Assembly: GCA_016869145.1 (NCBI GenBank)
Contig: VGEU01000003.1
Span: 664-64,663, forward strand
Source: Alphaproteobacteria bacterium
GTDB taxonomy: Bacteria; Pseudomonadota; Alphaproteobacteria; MPNO01; VGEU01
DNA: 64,000 bases
Direction: 5' to 3'
In this document: one piece after another, positions 40,208-54,351 of the stretch
Layout of the letters: each line of letters starts with the position of its first letter
Numbering within the stretch: the stretch's first letter is position 1
Translations under genes and position numbers: made by a program
Notes under the pieces: model-generated
Told to the model about the DNA's origin: nothing
Databases searched by the model: none
The model's input: the letters and a program-made list of their open reading frames with translations, nothing else

Positions 40208-42302
40208 GCTCCTGCTCGAGCTCTTCTCCGAGGAGATTCCGGCCGGCATGCAGGCGCGCGCGGCCGAGGACCTGGAGCGCGTCGTCGTCGAGCGGCTGAA
40301 GGCCGCCCAGCTCGCGCCCGAGACCGCGCGCAGCTTCGTCACGCCGCGCCGGCTTGCGCTGGTCGCGACCGGGCTTCCGGTCCAGCAGGCCGATGTCACC
40401 GAGGACCGTCGCGGCCCCCGTGTCGGTGCGCCCGACAACGCGATCCAGGGCTTCCTCAAGGCGAACGGCCTCGCCTCGCTCGACCAGTGCGAGAAGCGCG
40501 ACACCGGCAAAGGCGAGTTCTGGTTCGCGATCGTCCGCCGCAGCGGACAGCCGACCGCAGCGGTCTTATCGGGCCTTCTCGCCGAGGCGATCGCCGCGCT
40601 GCCGTGGCAGAAGTCGATGCGCTGGGGCGCCGGCGCGATGCGCTGGGTGCGCCCGCTTCAACGCATCCTCTGCCTGTTCGACGGCAACACCGTGCCGATC
40701 GCGCTCGCCAACCCGGTACCGGTCGGCGATGCCACCGCGGGCCACCGCTTCATGGCGCCGGCACCGATTGCGGTCAGCGCGTTCGACGACTACGCGGCGA
40801 AGCTCCGCGCCGCCCACGTGGTGCTCGACGCCGAGGAGCGCAAGCGCCTCATTCTCGAGCGTGCCGGTGCGCTCGCGCGCTCGGCCGGGCTCGCGCTCCG
40901 CGACGATCCCGGTCTCGTCGCCGAGGTCGCGGGTCTCGTCGAATGGCCGGTCGTCCTGATGGGGACGATCGATCCCGCCTTCATGGAGGTGCCGCCCGAG
41001 GTGCTGATCACCGCGATGCGCACTCATCAGCGCTACTTCGCGACCCTCGATAGCGCGGGCCGGCTCGCCAACCGCTTCGTCGTCGTCGCCAACCGCGAGA
41101 CCGCGGATGGCGGGGCCGCGGTCGTCGCCGGCAACGAGCGCGTGCTCCGCGCCCGGCTCTCCGACGCGCGCTTTTTCTGGGACCAGGATCGCAAGCGCCC
41201 GCTCGAATCGCGCGTGTCGGCGCTCGCCGACATGGTGTTCCACGCCAAGCTCGGGACGATCGCTGCGAAGGTCGTGCGTCTGCAGGCGCTTGCGGCCGAG
41301 CTCGCGCCCCATGTTCCGGGCGCCGACATCGACCAGGTGCGGAGCGCGGCGACGTTGTGCAAGGCGGACCTCACCGCCGGGATGGTCGGGGAGTTCCCCG
41401 AGCTTCAAGGCGTGATGGGACGCTACTACGCGCACCACGAGGGCGAGAAGGACGCGGTCGCCGATGCGATCGCCGAGCACTATTCGCCCGCGGGCCCCAA
41501 CGATCGCTGCCCGACCGCGCCCGTCTCCGTCGCGGTCGCGCTCGCCGACAAGATCGACAGCCTCGTCGGCTTCTTCGCGATCGGCGAGAAGCCGACCGGC
41601 TCGCGCGATCCCTTCGCGCTCAGGCGCGCGGCACTCGGCATCATCCGGCTGGTCATCGAGAACAGACTGCGGCTGCCGCTCCGCGAGGCGTTCCGGCGCG
41701 CCTACTGGGGCTACAACGAGGCCGTCGCGGGGTTTGAGAAGGGGCTTGAAAAGGGCCATCGGCCGAAGGTGCTCGAGCGCGAGCTCCTCGATTTCTTCGC
41801 CGACCGTCTCAAGGTGCATCTGCGCGGGGAGGGCGTCCGCCACGACCTGATCGGCGCCGTCTTCGCGCTGGGCGATGAGGACGATCTCGTTCGGCTTCTG
41901 GCGCGCGTCGAGGCGCTGCGTGCCTTCGTCGCGACCGACGACGGGGCCAATCTCCTGATCGCCTATCGTCGCGCCGCCAACATCGTCGCGATCGAGGAAA
42001 AGAAGGACGGCGTCCGCCATGATGGTGATCCGTCGGAGTCCGATCTCGCCGAGGCCGAGGAGCGGGCGCTCTATGCCGCGCTCGGGACGGCGCGCGCGAC
42101 ACGGGACGCGGCGCTCGGGCGCGAGGACTTCGCGGTGGCGATGACGGCGCTCGCCGGGCTGCGGCGCCCGGTCGATTCCTTCTTCGACAAGGTCCTTGTT
42201 AACGCCGAGGTGCCGGACTTACGCCGGAACCGGCTGCGGCTCCTGTCGCGGATCCGCTCGACGATGAACGGTATGGCGGACTTCTCGCAGATCGAGGGGT
42301 GA
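40200..42302 (+). CDS. glyS: Glycine-tRNA ligase beta subunit
   Basis: [53 protein letters not shown]. Confidence 0.98.
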   Translation: MAELLLELFSEEIPAGMQARAAEDLERVVVERLKAAQLAPETARSFVTPRRLALVATGLPVQQADVTEDRRGPRVGAPDNAIQGFLKANGLASLDQCEKRDTGKGEFWFAIVRRSGQPTAAVLSGLLAEAIAALPWQKSMRWGAGAMRWVRPLQRILCLFDGNTVPIALANPVPVGDATAGHRFMAPAPIAVSAFDDYAAKLRAAHVVLDAEERKRLILERAGALARSAGLALRDDPGLVAEVAGLVEWPVVLMGTIDPAFMEVPPEVLITAMRTHQRYFATLDSAGRLANRFVVVANRETADGGAAVVAGNERVLRARLSDARFFWDQDRKRPLESRVSALADMVFHAKLGTIAAKVVRLQALAAELAPHVPGADIDQVRSAATLCKADLTAGMVGEFPELQGVMGRYYAHHEGEKDAVADAIAEHYSPAGPNDRCPTAPVSVAVALADKIDSLVGFFAIGEKPTGSRDPFALRRAALGIIRLVIENRLRLPLREAFRRAYWGYNEAVAGFEKGLEKGHRPKVLERELLDFFADRLKVHLRGEGVRHDLIGAVFALGDEDDLVRLLARVEALRAFVATDDGANLLIAYRRAANIVAIEEKKDGVRHDGDPSESDLAEAEERALYAALGTARATRDAALGREDFAVAMTALAGLRRPVDSFFDKVLVNAEVPDLRRNRLRLLSRIRSTMNGMADFSQIEG

Positions 42303-42304
42303 GC

Positions 42305-45004
<2,700 letters not shown>

Positions 45005-45077
45005 CGCCGCTCGACGACGCGGAGCCTTCGTGCAACGCTGCGGGTCGCGCATTGCCGCCCGCGGCGACCAGGTCCCC

Positions 45078-46184
45078 ATGAAGCTCGCTTTTTTCACGAT
45101 GCCGCTCCATCCGCCCGAGCGCGATTTCGCGGAGACCCTGAAGGAGGATCGAGAGGCCTTTCTTCTCGCCGACCGGCTCGGCTTCGCCGAGGGGTTCATG
45201 GGCGAGCATGCGACCGATCGCGCCGAAACGGTCACCTCCTGCGTCGCCTTTCTCGCCTCGATCGCCTACGCGACGAAGACCATGGTGCTCGGCACCGGGA
45301 CGGTGAACCTGACGCTCGCCCATCCGGCGGTCGTCGCGGGCCAGGTCGCGATGCTCGACAACATGCTCGAGGGACGGTTCCTGTTCGGCATCAGCCCGGG
45401 CGCCCTCCAGTCGGACTTCGAGGCGCTCGGCGTCCTCGACAAGAACCGCGGCGAGATGTTCCTGGAGGCGATCGACCACATCCTTGCGCTGTGGACGACA
45501 GCGCCGCCCTACCGCCGCCGCGGCAAGCACTGGACGATCACGACCGAGAGGACGCTGATCGAGGAGATCGGCCAGGGCGTAATGGTGCCGACCTACCAGA
45601 AGCCGCACCCGCCGATCGTCATCACCGTCGTGGCGCCGCAGTCGAAGGGGATCGCGCCGGCGGCGGCGCGCGGCTGGATGCCGATCTCGGCGAACTTCCT
45701 GATGCCCGTGGGTGTCGCGACGCACTGGCCGAGCTATGTCGAGGGCTGTCGCCAGGGCGGCCGCGTCGCGCGCGTCGAGGACTGGCGGGTCGCCAAGAGC
45801 ATCTTCGTCGCCGATGACGACCGCGTGGCGCGTCGCTACGCGATCGAGGACGCGCGGAGCCCCTATCGGTTCTATCTCGCGCAGCTGATGCGGAAGCTCA
45901 TCTCGATCGGTCGCTACGAGGTGTTCAAGCACGATCCCGCGATGCCGAACGAGGCGGTCACCCTCGACGATGTGCTCGAACGGTTGGTCATCGCGGGCTC
46001 TGTTGACAACGTCGTCGACCAGATTCTCGCCTTCCGCGAGACGGTCGGCGATTTCGGGACGCTGGTCTATGCCGGCCACGACTGGGCGGATCCGCATCTC
46101 GCCAAGCGCTCGATGGAGTTGATGGCGACCGAAGTGATGCCCTGCATCAACAAGGCGATCGGAGCGCGCGTCCGCCTCGGGTGA
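45078..46184 (+). CDS. LLM-class flavin-dependent monooxygenase
   Basis: FFTMPLHPP, GEH, HPAVVA...MLD..LEGR, YQKPHPP. Confidence 0.9.
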   Translation: MKLAFFTMPLHPPERDFAETLKEDREAFLLADRLGFAEGFMGEHATDRAETVTSCVAFLASIAYATKTMVLGTGTVNLTLAHPAVVAGQVAMLDNMLEGRFLFGISPGALQSDFEALGVLDKNRGEMFLEAIDHILALWTTAPPYRRRGKHWTITTERTLIEEIGQGVMVPTYQKPHPPIVITVVAPQSKGIAPAAARGWMPISANFLMPVGVATHWPSYVEGCRQGGRVARVEDWRVAKSIFVADDDRVARRYAIEDARSPYRFYLAQLMRKLISIGRYEVFKHDPAMPNEAVTLDDVLERLVIAGSVDNVVDQILAFRETVGDFGTLVYAGHDWADPHLAKRSMELMATEVMPCINKAIGARVRLG

Positions 46185-46295
46185 TCCGCGCGCACCGGGC
46201 CGCGACCGTTGGCAAGGCCGCCGCCGCCGTGATCCCGGTCATGCCGTCGAGCGGGGCCGCTTTCGCGCTGCGGGCTTGGCCCTTATAGTTCGCCC

Positions 46296-47432
46296 ATGGC
46301 AGGATTGGCCCGCCCGGAATTAGGTGCGCGGATCGTCGTCGCGATGTCGGGCGGCGTCGATTCGTCGGTGACGGCCGCGCTCCTCAAGGAGGCCGGCCAC
46401 GAGGTCATCGGCATAACGCTTCGGCTCCATGACGGCGCGGAGACGACGGCGCGAACCAAGACCTGTTGCGCCGGTCGCGACGTCTATGACGCGCGATGCG
46501 TCGCCGAGGCGCTCGACATCCCGCATTACGTGTTCGATTACGCCGATCGCTTTCGCCGCGACGTGATGGAGCCGTTCGCCGACGCCTACGTGGCGGGCGA
46601 GACGCCGGTGCCGTGTGTTCTCTGCAACCGGACGGTCAAGTTCCGCGACCTTCTCGAGGCGGCGCGCGATCTCGGCGCGGCGGCGCTCGCGACCGGGCAC
46701 TATGTCCGCCGCGTCGCGGGACCGGCCGGGGTGGAACTCCACCGCGGCGCCGACCCGGCGCGCGACCAGAGCTATTTCCTGTTCGCGACAACGCGCGCGG
46801 AGCTCGACTTCCTTCGCTTTCCCGTCGGCGGGCTCGCGAAGGACGAGGTCCGCGCGCACGCGCGGCGTTTCGCGTTGCCGGTCGCGGCCAAGCCCGACAG
46901 CCAGGACATCTGCTTCGTCCCCGATGGCGACTACGCCGCGCTCGTCGCCCGGCTGCGGCCGTCGGCGGCGGCGCCGGGCGAGATCGTTCATGTCGACGGC
47001 CGCGTGCTCGGCCGCCACGCGGGCATCATCCATTACACGGTCGGCCAGCGCCGCGGCCTCGGCATCGCCGCGGACGAGGCTCTCTACGTGGTGCGGCTCG
47101 AGCCGGCGGCGCGTCGCGTCGTGGTCGGCCCGCGCGCCGCGTTGGCGCGGACACGGATCGCGCTCCGCGACGTCAACTGGCTCGGCGTGGCCGATGGCCC
47201 GCCGGCGGCGGGCGCCGACGTCGCGGTGCGTATCCGCTCGACCCAGGCCGCGGTCGAGGCGCGCATCCGGCCGACGCGGGGCGGCGGCGCGATCGCCGAG
47301 CTCGCGGTGCCGGAGACCGCGGTCGCGCCCGGCCAGGCCTGCGTCTTCTATGACGGGGACCGCGTGCTCGGCGGCGGCTGGATTGCGCGGAGCGACACGG
47401 CCGCGATTCAGTTTGACCGCGACGGGTCCTAG
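46296..47432 (+). CDS. mnmA: tRNA 2-thiouridylase
   Basis: [51 protein letters not shown]. Confidence 0.98.
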   Translation: MAGLARPELGARIVVAMSGGVDSSVTAALLKEAGHEVIGITLRLHDGAETTARTKTCCAGRDVYDARCVAEALDIPHYVFDYADRFRRDVMEPFADAYVAGETPVPCVLCNRTVKFRDLLEAARDLGAAALATGHYVRRVAGPAGVELHRGADPARDQSYFLFATTRAELDFLRFPVGGLAKDEVRAHARRFALPVAAKPDSQDICFVPDGDYAALVARLRPSAAAPGEIVHVDGRVLGRHAGIIHYTVGQRRGLGIAADEALYVVRLEPAARRVVVGPRAALARTRIALRDVNWLGVADGPPAAGADVAVRIRSTQAAVEARIRPTRGGGAIAELAVPETAVAPGQACVFYDGDRVLGGGWIARSDTAAIQFDRDGS

Positions 47433-47442
47433 GCCCTATACG
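47413..47442 (+). promoter_or_regulatory. Sigma70-type promoter of tRNA-Met
   Basis: TTGACC-N18-TATACG overlapping the end of mnmA. Confidence 0.5.
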
Positions 47443-47471
47443 CGGTCTCCGCGCCCGTCGGGGCGCACGGT

Positions 47472-47546
47472 GGCGGGGTAGCTCAGCGGTAGAGCAGGGG
47501 AATCATAATCCCTTGGTCGGGGGTTCAAATCCCTCCCCCGCTACCA
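47472..47546 (+). tRNA. tRNA-Met (CAT), elongator type
   Basis: GGCGGGG/CCCCGCT acceptor, GGGGA-AT-CAT-AA-TCCCT anticodon arm, GTTCAAATCC, CCA. Confidence 0.93.
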
Positions 47547-47610
47547 ACGTTACAGCACCGGCGCGCGTCCTTTGGCCGAAGCGTCCCTTTATCGGCGCGC
47601 ATCGCAGGGT

Positions 47611-48459
47611 TCAGTTGCTCGAAGGCCGCCAGCTCTGGAAATAGCCTTCGACACGCTGCAGGACCGCGGAGATGCCAATCCCGGCGCCGGCGACGATCAC
47701 GACGCAGGCGAATAGCAGGTCGGTCTTGAACATCATGCCGGCCTGGCCGACGAGATAGCCGATGCCCTTGCTGCCGGCGAAGAACTCGCCGACGACGACG
47801 CCGATCAGACCATGCGCGAGCCCTTGGCGCAGACCGACGATGATGAACGGAACCGTCGAGGGCAGCACGACGGTGCGGAACAAGTCCCACTGCGTCGCGC
47901 GGAACGATCGCGCGGCGCCGAGCAGCTCATCGTCGGTCGTGCGCACGCCGGCCATCGCGTTGAGCAGGATCGGAAAGAACGCCGACAGGAATACGATGAA
48001 GGCCTTCGAGGCGAAGCCGAGACCGAACCAGATCACGATCAGCGGCACGAACACGATGCGCGGCGTCGAGTAGAGGCCGTTGATGAACGGATCCAGTATC
48101 AGGCGCGGCAGGCGATACCAGCCGAGAACGATGCCGAGAGGAATCGCGACGAGCGCGGCGATGCTGAACCCTGTTGCGAAGTTTTGGGCAGAGAAGGCGA
48201 GGTGCTCGAGGATGTCGCCCGAGCCGAACAGGCCGTCCCAGAGCCGCGCGAAGATCGCAGAAGGGCCGCTGAAGAAGAGGGGATCGATCCGGCCCGCGGA
48301 CCATGCGGCCTGCCAGATCGCCAGCACGAAGACGACCGACAAGCTGCCGACAATCGCGCCTTCGTTGCGCTGGTAGAAGCTCTCGGTCGGCCGCACGGGC
48401 TCCGCGCCCGCTGCGCCCGCGTCTGCCGGAATGACGGAGACCTGACCATCGGCGTTCAT
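47611..48459 (-). CDS. NitT/TauT ABC transporter permease
   Basis: [22 protein letters not shown]-like loop, VVVGEFF. Confidence 0.93.
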   Translation of the reverse strand: MNADGQVSVIPADAGAAGAEPVRPTESFYQRNEGAIVGSLSVVFVLAIWQAAWSAGRIDPLFFSGPSAIFARLWDGLFGSGDILEHLAFSAQNFATGFSIAALVAIPLGIVLGWYRLPRLILDPFINGLYSTPRIVFVPLIVIWFGLGFASKAFIVFLSAFFPILLNAMAGVRTTDDELLGAARSFRATQWDLFRTVVLPSTVPFIIVGLRQGLAHGLIGVVVGEFFAGSKGIGYLVGQAGMMFKTDLLFACVVIVAGAGIGISAVLQRVEGYFQSWRPSSN

Positions 48460-49289
48460 GCGCGAGCCTCTCCGGTTGTGGCTTCGGCGGTGCGCACCAG
48501 GCCGGCGCGCGTACCCTCCTCCTCGATCAAGGCCCAGATGCCATCGACCAGGGTGAGGAAGTCCGGCCGGCGCTTCAGCGCCAGCGTTCGAGGCCGCTCG
48601 AACGGCACCGCGAACTCCTGCTTCAGTCGTCCCGGGCGCGTGCCGAACACGATCACGCGGTCGGAGAGGAACGCGGCTTCGTCGATCTGGTGGGTGACGA
48701 AAAGCACGGTCTTGCCCGCGTGCGACCAGATGCGCAGCAACTCGGCCTGCATGAACTCGCGCGTCTGAGCATCGAGAGCGGCGAACGGCTCGTCCATCAG
48801 CAGAATCTCCGGATCGGTGGCGAGAGCGCGCGCGAGGTTGACGCGCTGCTGCATGCCGCCCGACAGCTCGGCCGGATAGTGCCGCTCGAACCCCGCGAGC
48901 CCGACCAACCTGATGTGATGCGCCGCCCGATCCTCGATCTCGGACTTGTCGAACTTGCGCTGCAGTTCCATCCCGTAGGTGACGTTCGCGAGCGTCGTGC
49001 GCCAAGGCAAGAGACGCGGTTGCTGGAACACCGTCGCACGATCGCGTCCCGGACCGTCGATCTGCTTGCCGGCGATCTCGATGCGTCCGGCGTCGGGTGC
49101 AAGAAGTCCGGTCGCGATATTGAGGAACGTTGTCTTGCCGCAGCCCGACGGCCCGACGATGCAGACGAACTCGCCCTCCGCGATCGACAGCGTGACATTC
49201 GTCAGCGCGGGGATCGGGTCCGGCTCCCCCTTCATCCAGAAATATTTGGAGATGCCTGTGGCGACGAGCTTGTTGGGGCGGGAACCCAT
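48456..49289 (-). CDS. NitT/TauT ABC transporter ATP-binding protein
   Basis: [31 protein letters not shown]. Confidence 0.95.
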   Translation of the reverse strand: MGSRPNKLVATGISKYFWMKGEPDPIPALTNVTLSIAEGEFVCIVGPSGCGKTTFLNIATGLLAPDAGRIEIAGKQIDGPGRDRATVFQQPRLLPWRTTLANVTYGMELQRKFDKSEIEDRAAHHIRLVGLAGFERHYPAELSGGMQQRVNLARALATDPEILLMDEPFAALDAQTREFMQAELLRIWSHAGKTVLFVTHQIDEAAFLSDRVIVFGTRPGRLKQEFAVPFERPRTLALKRRPDFLTLVDGIWALIEEEGTRAGLVRTAEATTGEARA

Positions 49290-49370
49290 CGGTTTGCCTC
49301 TTTGGCTCAGTTCCTGGCAGCGTTCCGAGCGGAACAGCACCTATCGCCAGGACACCGATCGGGCCGACAC

Positions 49371-50414
49371 CTAGCGGAAGGACTCGGCGCGCTTCGCAGC
49401 GATCTCTTGCTTGATCCCCGGGCCGAACACCTGCTCGAAGAAGCCCTGGTCGGCGAGCCGGTCGATCATGCTCTGATCGATCGCGCGCCGGAAATCGAAG
49501 GTCTCAAGCTCCGGCGTCTCCGCCTTGCCGCGTTGGACAATCCCAGACAAAGCGGTCTTCGGCACATACGGCACCCGTTCGAAGACCTGTGCCTTGATCG
49601 TTTCGTCATAGAGGCGCTCGAGTGTCTTGTCGTCGGTCTTCAGTTGCTTCTTCAGCACGCCCAGCACGAACGGCTTGTCGTCGTAGATGCGCTTGACCGC
49701 CTCGATATGCGATTTCAGGAACGCCTCGACGAGTTGCGGTGTCTCGTTCAACACCCGGCGGCGGAACATGTAGCTGGTCGCGATCGGGATCTGACGGTAG
49801 TCCTGCAGTTTGGCGAGTACGTTGAAGCCTTCCTCCTCGAGGAGGTAGTAGTCCGGCGAGGTCAGCATGGCCGCGTCCGCGAGACCGTTGCGCAGCGACA
49901 GCGCCCGTTGCGGGGGTGCACCGGCCGCAATCCACTGCATGCCTTTCGTATCGACCTTCAAGGCTTCGAGCACGCCGAGCGCGTAGAAGTAGGGTGGATC
50001 TCCGATACGGCCGACAGCGATGCGTTTCCGCTCGAGCGATTTGGCATCCGTGATGGCCTTGGTGCTGATCAGTGCGAACTGGCCGACGAGGAGGGGGCTC
50101 CCGATGATGACCACCTGATCGCCCCGAATCGCGGCGAGCATCGCGGTGTCAAGGCCGAGATTGTGCGTCAGCGCCTCGCCCGAGATCACCGCCGCGGGAC
50201 CTGCGGGATGCAGTGCGAAATCGACCGTCGCCGTGAGGCCGTTCTTCTCGAAGAGTCCGGCTTCCTTGGCGATCCAGAGCGGCCAGGTCGTGCTCGACGG
50301 CGCGGGATAGACGATCTTCACGCTCGTCATTCTGGATTGGGCGATGGCGGCATTCGGCCAAGCGACCAGCGTGGAAAGCAGCGCTGCTGTCATCATGCAC
50401 GAGACGCGCAACAC
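49371..50414 (-). CDS. NitT/TauT (SsuA/THI5-like) substrate-binding protein
   Basis: GTG after AGGAGG, signal peptide, PLWIAKEAGLFEKNGL. Confidence 0.88.
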   Translation of the reverse strand: MLRVSCMMTAALLSTLVAWPNAAIAQSRMTSVKIVYPAPSSTTWPLWIAKEAGLFEKNGLTATVDFALHPAGPAAVISGEALTHNLGLDTAMLAAIRGDQVVIIGSPLLVGQFALISTKAITDAKSLERKRIAVGRIGDPPYFYALGVLEALKVDTKGMQWIAAGAPPQRALSLRNGLADAAMLTSPDYYLLEEEGFNVLAKLQDYRQIPIATSYMFRRRVLNETPQLVEAFLKSHIEAVKRIYDDKPFVLGVLKKQLKTDDKTLERLYDETIKAQVFERVPYVPKTALSGIVQRGKAETPELETFDFRRAIDQSMIDRLADQGFFEQVFGPGIKQEIAAKRAESFR

Positions 50415-50586
50415 TGGATCCTCCTGTTCGCTTCTTTGGATCGCTCCATCATCGCCGGTTGCCGGCGCTACGGACAACAGTGCCGGCATTGCCTTGACAC
50501 TGATCTAACACGCAAACAGCACGCATACAATATGATATTAAGTTTGACCAGAAGTTTCCGACAGGATGCACGGGGAGCGCTGCGCC

Positions 50587-51603
50587 ATGAAGATCATCGA
50601 CTGCCACGCACATGTGAGTGCGCCAGCCGAGTTGTGGGCTTTCAAGGCTTCGCTCGTCTCGCATCGCGGCGCGCACGGGAGGGGAGGGCTCAAGTTCTCC
50701 GACGAAGAGATCCGCGCCGCTGTCGAGAAGAAGCGCTTCGAGGGCGGCGACAAGAGCCACATGGCCTTTCTCGACGAGGTCGGCACGCACGTGCAGTGCG
50801 TCTCGCCACGCCCGTTTCAGATGATGCATTCTGAGAAGCCGGCGAAAATCGTGCAGTGGCTCCACGAGGAGGTCAACAACGTCATCCACCGCCAGACGCT
50901 GCTCTACCCCGATCGCTTTGTCGGCATCGCCGGCCTGCCGCAACCGGCTGGCGAGCCGCTGGGGATGGCGATCGCGGAACTCGAGCGGTGCGTGAAGCTC
51001 GGCTTCAAGGGCTGCCTACTCAATCCCGACCCTTACGAGAACTCCGGCATCAAAGCGCCGGCGATGGGTGAGCGCTACTGGTATCCGCTCTACGAGAAGC
51101 TCTGTGAGCTCGATGTGCCCGCACACATCCACGCGACCGGCTCGCACTGCCCGGAGCGCGAACCCTATACGCTCCACTTCATCAACGAGGAGACGACCGC
51201 AACCTATGGCCTGGTCAGCTCGGATGTGTTTAAGGACTTCCCGACGCTCAAGATCGTGATGAGCCACGGCGGCGGTGCGATCCCGTTCCAGCTCGGCCGG
51301 TTCCAGGCAAGCTCGGCGCGCAAGCCCGGCGGCCAGCTGTTCGCCGATGCCATGCGGAACCTCTACTACGACACGGTGCTCTACACTGAGGAGGCGCTGC
51401 GCCTGCTCGTGAAGGTCGTCGGTGCCGATCGCTGCCTGTTCGGTGCGGAGTGTCCAGGCGTCGGCTCGGCGCGCAACCCGGAAACGGGCCGGACCTACGA
51501 CGACATCATGCCGCTCATCCGCGACGCCTCTTGGCTGAGTGCCGAGGACAAGGCCGGCATTCTCGCCGACAACGCGCGCAAAGTGTTCAAGCTCACGCAG
51601 TAG
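50587..51603 (+). CDS. ligY: LigY-like Zn amidohydrolase (meta-cleavage product C-C hydrolase)
   Basis: IIDCHAHVSAP.ELWA.KASL..HRG.HGRGG, SPRPFQMM, LLNPDPYEN, PAHIHATGS, PY.LHFINEET, SHGGGAIP, FGAECPGVG match Sphingobium LigY as recalled. Confidence 0.8.
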   Translation: MKIIDCHAHVSAPAELWAFKASLVSHRGAHGRGGLKFSDEEIRAAVEKKRFEGGDKSHMAFLDEVGTHVQCVSPRPFQMMHSEKPAKIVQWLHEEVNNVIHRQTLLYPDRFVGIAGLPQPAGEPLGMAIAELERCVKLGFKGCLLNPDPYENSGIKAPAMGERYWYPLYEKLCELDVPAHIHATGSHCPEREPYTLHFINEETTATYGLVSSDVFKDFPTLKIVMSHGGGAIPFQLGRFQASSARKPGGQLFADAMRNLYYDTVLYTEEALRLLVKVVGADRCLFGAECPGVGSARNPETGRTYDDIMPLIRDASWLSAEDKAGILADNARKVFKLTQ

Positions 51604-51620
51604 ACGGGAAGAACACGACG

Positions 51621-52634
51621 ATGGCGAGGATCGTCCTGGCGATGGCCACCACGCACGGCCCGCAACTCCATACCACAGTGGAGCAGTGGGCGTTGCGTGT
51701 GAAGGCGGATCAGGCGCGCAAGCATCCCTATCGCCGGGAGATGCGGAGCTTCGATGAGCTGGTGGCCATGCGGAGCGGCGAAGGGCTCGAGGCGAAGTCG
51801 AGCCCGACAGGGATGGCCGAATCCCACCGTCGCTGCCAGGCCGGCATGCGGGTGCTCGCCGCCAAATGGGACGAGATCAAGCCCGATATCGCGGTCGTGC
51901 TCGGCAACGACCAGAACGAGATGTTCGAGACCGAGGAGCTGAACCCGGCGTTCTTCGTCTTTTGCGGCGAGAAGATCCCGAACTATCTCCAGTCCGATGC
52001 GCGACGCAAAGAGCTGCCGCCGGGTGTTGCGGAAGCCGAGCATGGCCACGCGACCGAGACCTATACCGAATACGATGGCGTGCCCGATCTCGCCCGGCAC
52101 ATCGTGGACACGTTGATCGCGCGTGATTTCGATGTCGCGGTCTCGTCGAGATGGCCGCGCAACGCCCGGAACGGGGCCGGCCACGCGTTCGGGCACATCT
52201 ACCGCCAGGTCATGCGCGATAAAGTCGTGCCGAACGTGCCTATTCTGCAGAACACGTTCTTCCCGCCGAACCAGCCGTCGGCGCAGCGCGCCTATGACTT
52301 CGGGCGTGCGGTCAAGCAGGCGATCGACAGCTGGGCCGACGACAAGACGGTCGCCGTATTCGGCTCGGGCGGCATGAGCCACTTCGTCATCGACGAACAG
52401 TTCGACCGCGCGTTCGTCGATGCGCTGGCCCGGAAGGACAAGGACTACCTCGCCTCGATCCCGCTTTCCGATCTGCAGTCGGGCACATCGGAGCTCAAAT
52501 CCTGGATCACGCTGGCGGGCGTACTGAAAGATGTCGACTGCACGATGCACGAGATCGACTACGTGCCCTGCTACCGTTCGGTCGCGGGCACAGGAACGGC
52601 CAACGGCTTCTATTGGTGGGAGATGACGCGATGA
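51621..52634 (+). CDS. ligZ: LigZ/DesZ-like type II (LigB-fold) extradiol dioxygenase
   Basis: TTHGP, GNDQ, NTFFPPNQP, FGSGGMSHFVIDE, LQSGTSELK, PCYRS.AGTGTANGF; closer to LigZ than LigB as recalled. Confidence 0.72.
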   Translation: MARIVLAMATTHGPQLHTTVEQWALRVKADQARKHPYRREMRSFDELVAMRSGEGLEAKSSPTGMAESHRRCQAGMRVLAAKWDEIKPDIAVVLGNDQNEMFETEELNPAFFVFCGEKIPNYLQSDARRKELPPGVAEAEHGHATETYTEYDGVPDLARHIVDTLIARDFDVAVSSRWPRNARNGAGHAFGHIYRQVMRDKVVPNVPILQNTFFPPNQPSAQRAYDFGRAVKQAIDSWADDKTVAVFGSGGMSHFVIDEQFDRAFVDALARKDKDYLASIPLSDLQSGTSELKSWITLAGVLKDVDCTMHEIDYVPCYRSVAGTGTANGFYWWEMTR

Positions 52635-53296
52635 GGGGACCTCCGGCAGATCTCGTCGCGCGCTTGCGCAAGCTGGATTGTTGTGCGGTCTCCGACGCTC
52701 TCGATCAGTTGAAGCTCGGCGGCGTCGTGACGGGGCTGTTCACCCAGGGTTCTGGGACAGGCCGCATCTCCGGCCGCGTGATCACCGTCAAGCTCGGCGT
52801 CGGCCAGCCGAAGGATGCACCCCCCAAGCATCTCTGCACAACCGCGGTCGAGATCGGTGGTCCCGACGACGTCATCGTCATCGAGCAGCGTTCCGGCGTG
52901 GAAGCGGGTAGCTGGGGCGGCCTCCTCTCCCTCGGCGCGAAGACAAAGGGTATTGCCGGCGTCGTAGCCCATGGCCCCGTGCGCGATATCGATCAGGCGA
53001 TCGAGATGGGATTTCCGATTTTCGCGAGCGGCTACACCTCGCGCACGGCGCGCGGCCGGATCGTCGAGATCGGGACCAACGTCGCGATCGCGATCGACGA
53101 TGTCGCGGTCTCCCCGGCGGACTACGTGGTCGCCGATCGGAGTGCGGTGATCTTCATTGCGGCGGCGAACATCAGGGAGGTGCTCGAGACGGCCGAGCGG
53201 ATCACCGCCAAGGAGGATGCCATGGCCAAAGCGATTCTGGCCGGTACGCCGATCGGAACGGTGATGGGCGCAAGCTATGAGCACATGTTGAAGTAG
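52631..53296 (+). CDS. RraA/HMG-CHA aldolase (LigK-like) family protein
   Basis: AVSDALD, WGGLLS, GPVRD, GFPIF, VVAD. Confidence 0.88.
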   Translation: MRGPPADLVARLRKLDCCAVSDALDQLKLGGVVTGLFTQGSGTGRISGRVITVKLGVGQPKDAPPKHLCTTAVEIGGPDDVIVIEQRSGVEAGSWGGLLSLGAKTKGIAGVVAHGPVRDIDQAIEMGFPIFASGYTSRTARGRIVEIGTNVAIAIDDVAVSPADYVVADRSAVIFIAAANIREVLETAERITAKEDAMAKAILAGTPIGTVMGASYEHMLK

Positions 53297-53344
53297 GCGC
53301 CCTCCTCGTCCGCATCAACCTTTCAGAGCCCAACTGTCGACCAC

Positions 53345-54229
53345 ATGGCAAGAACCAAAGAACTCGACCCAGCGTCCCGCGTCACCAGACGATCGAAGGC
53401 GGCTCCCGCGTCCCGTGCCATTGCGCAACCAGTCGGGTGGCGGAGCGCGCGTAGCGAGCCGGCGGGATCGAGGATCGAACGCCAGATCAAGACCGCAATT
53501 CTGACCGGGCAGTGCCGCGCGGGAGACTTTCTGGGATCGGAGAACGAGCTTGCCGCCAGCATGGGCGTGAGCCGACTTCCTGTTCGTGAGGCGGTCAGCC
53601 GGCTGCAGGCGCTCGGGCTCGTCGAAGTCAAGACAGGCGCGGGCGGCGGCGTACGGGTCGCCACGGGAAAGCCCGATTACATCGCCGAGCTTCTGGCGAT
53701 ACAGCTCGTACTCGATCGCCTCGACGCAGAGGAGGTCCTGGTCGCCCAGCGGATCGTCGAGGTCGCCGCCGTCGGCATGGCCGCCCGGAATGCGACCGCC
53801 GAAGCGCTGGCGCTGATGCGCGGCGCACTGGATGAGGTCGAGCGCCTTGTCGAGCAACCCGAATTGTTCACGGCTGCCTCCATGGCCTTTCATGCGGCGA
53901 TCGGCGGCGCCTCGCAGAACCGGTTCCTGTCGATCATGATGCAGGCCATCGCGATCACGCTCGAGCAGGTCAATGCGCCGGATACGACCGTCGAAGTCGC
54001 GCGCATGGTGGCGGGGCGCCACCGCAAACTCTTGCACGCCATTGAGGCCCGCGATGAGGCGGCGAGCGTCGCGCTGATCGCGCATCATCTTGAGCGCGTC
54101 CATCGCCATGTCCTGGCGCGCCTCGGAGGAAATGCGGCCTCGACGCACGATCCACGTCGCTCCGATAAGGCAAAGACTCCCGTCGTGGTGAGGCGGGAGA
54201 ACGGACGAATGCGGAGAACCGACACGTAA
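53345..54229 (+). CDS. GntR/FadR-family transcriptional regulator
   Basis: LGSENELAASMGVSRLPVREAVSRL HTH; FCD domain FHAAI..ASQN, HRKL. Confidence 0.92.
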   Translation: MARTKELDPASRVTRRSKAAPASRAIAQPVGWRSARSEPAGSRIERQIKTAILTGQCRAGDFLGSENELAASMGVSRLPVREAVSRLQALGLVEVKTGAGGGVRVATGKPDYIAELLAIQLVLDRLDAEEVLVAQRIVEVAAVGMAARNATAEALALMRGALDEVERLVEQPELFTAASMAFHAAIGGASQNRFLSIMMQAIAITLEQVNAPDTTVEVARMVAGRHRKLLHAIEARDEAASVALIAHHLERVHRHVLARLGGNAASTHDPRRSDKAKTPVVVRRENGRMRRTDT

Positions 54230-54351
54230 GGAAGGTTCGGCCGATCCTGAAGGACCTACGCGTCGCCAAGGCGACTGCCGGTGTGCGATGACTAAGAGCG
54301 CCGGCAGCGCCGTTGAGCGATGCGCGCGCGTGAGAATGGAGACCCGATTTC

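Noticed and set aside
50587-51603. Calling the amidohydrolase LigJ within a standard protocatechuate 4,5-cleavage pathway
   Set aside because: Motifs match LigY better, and LigA, LigC and LigI are absent from the window
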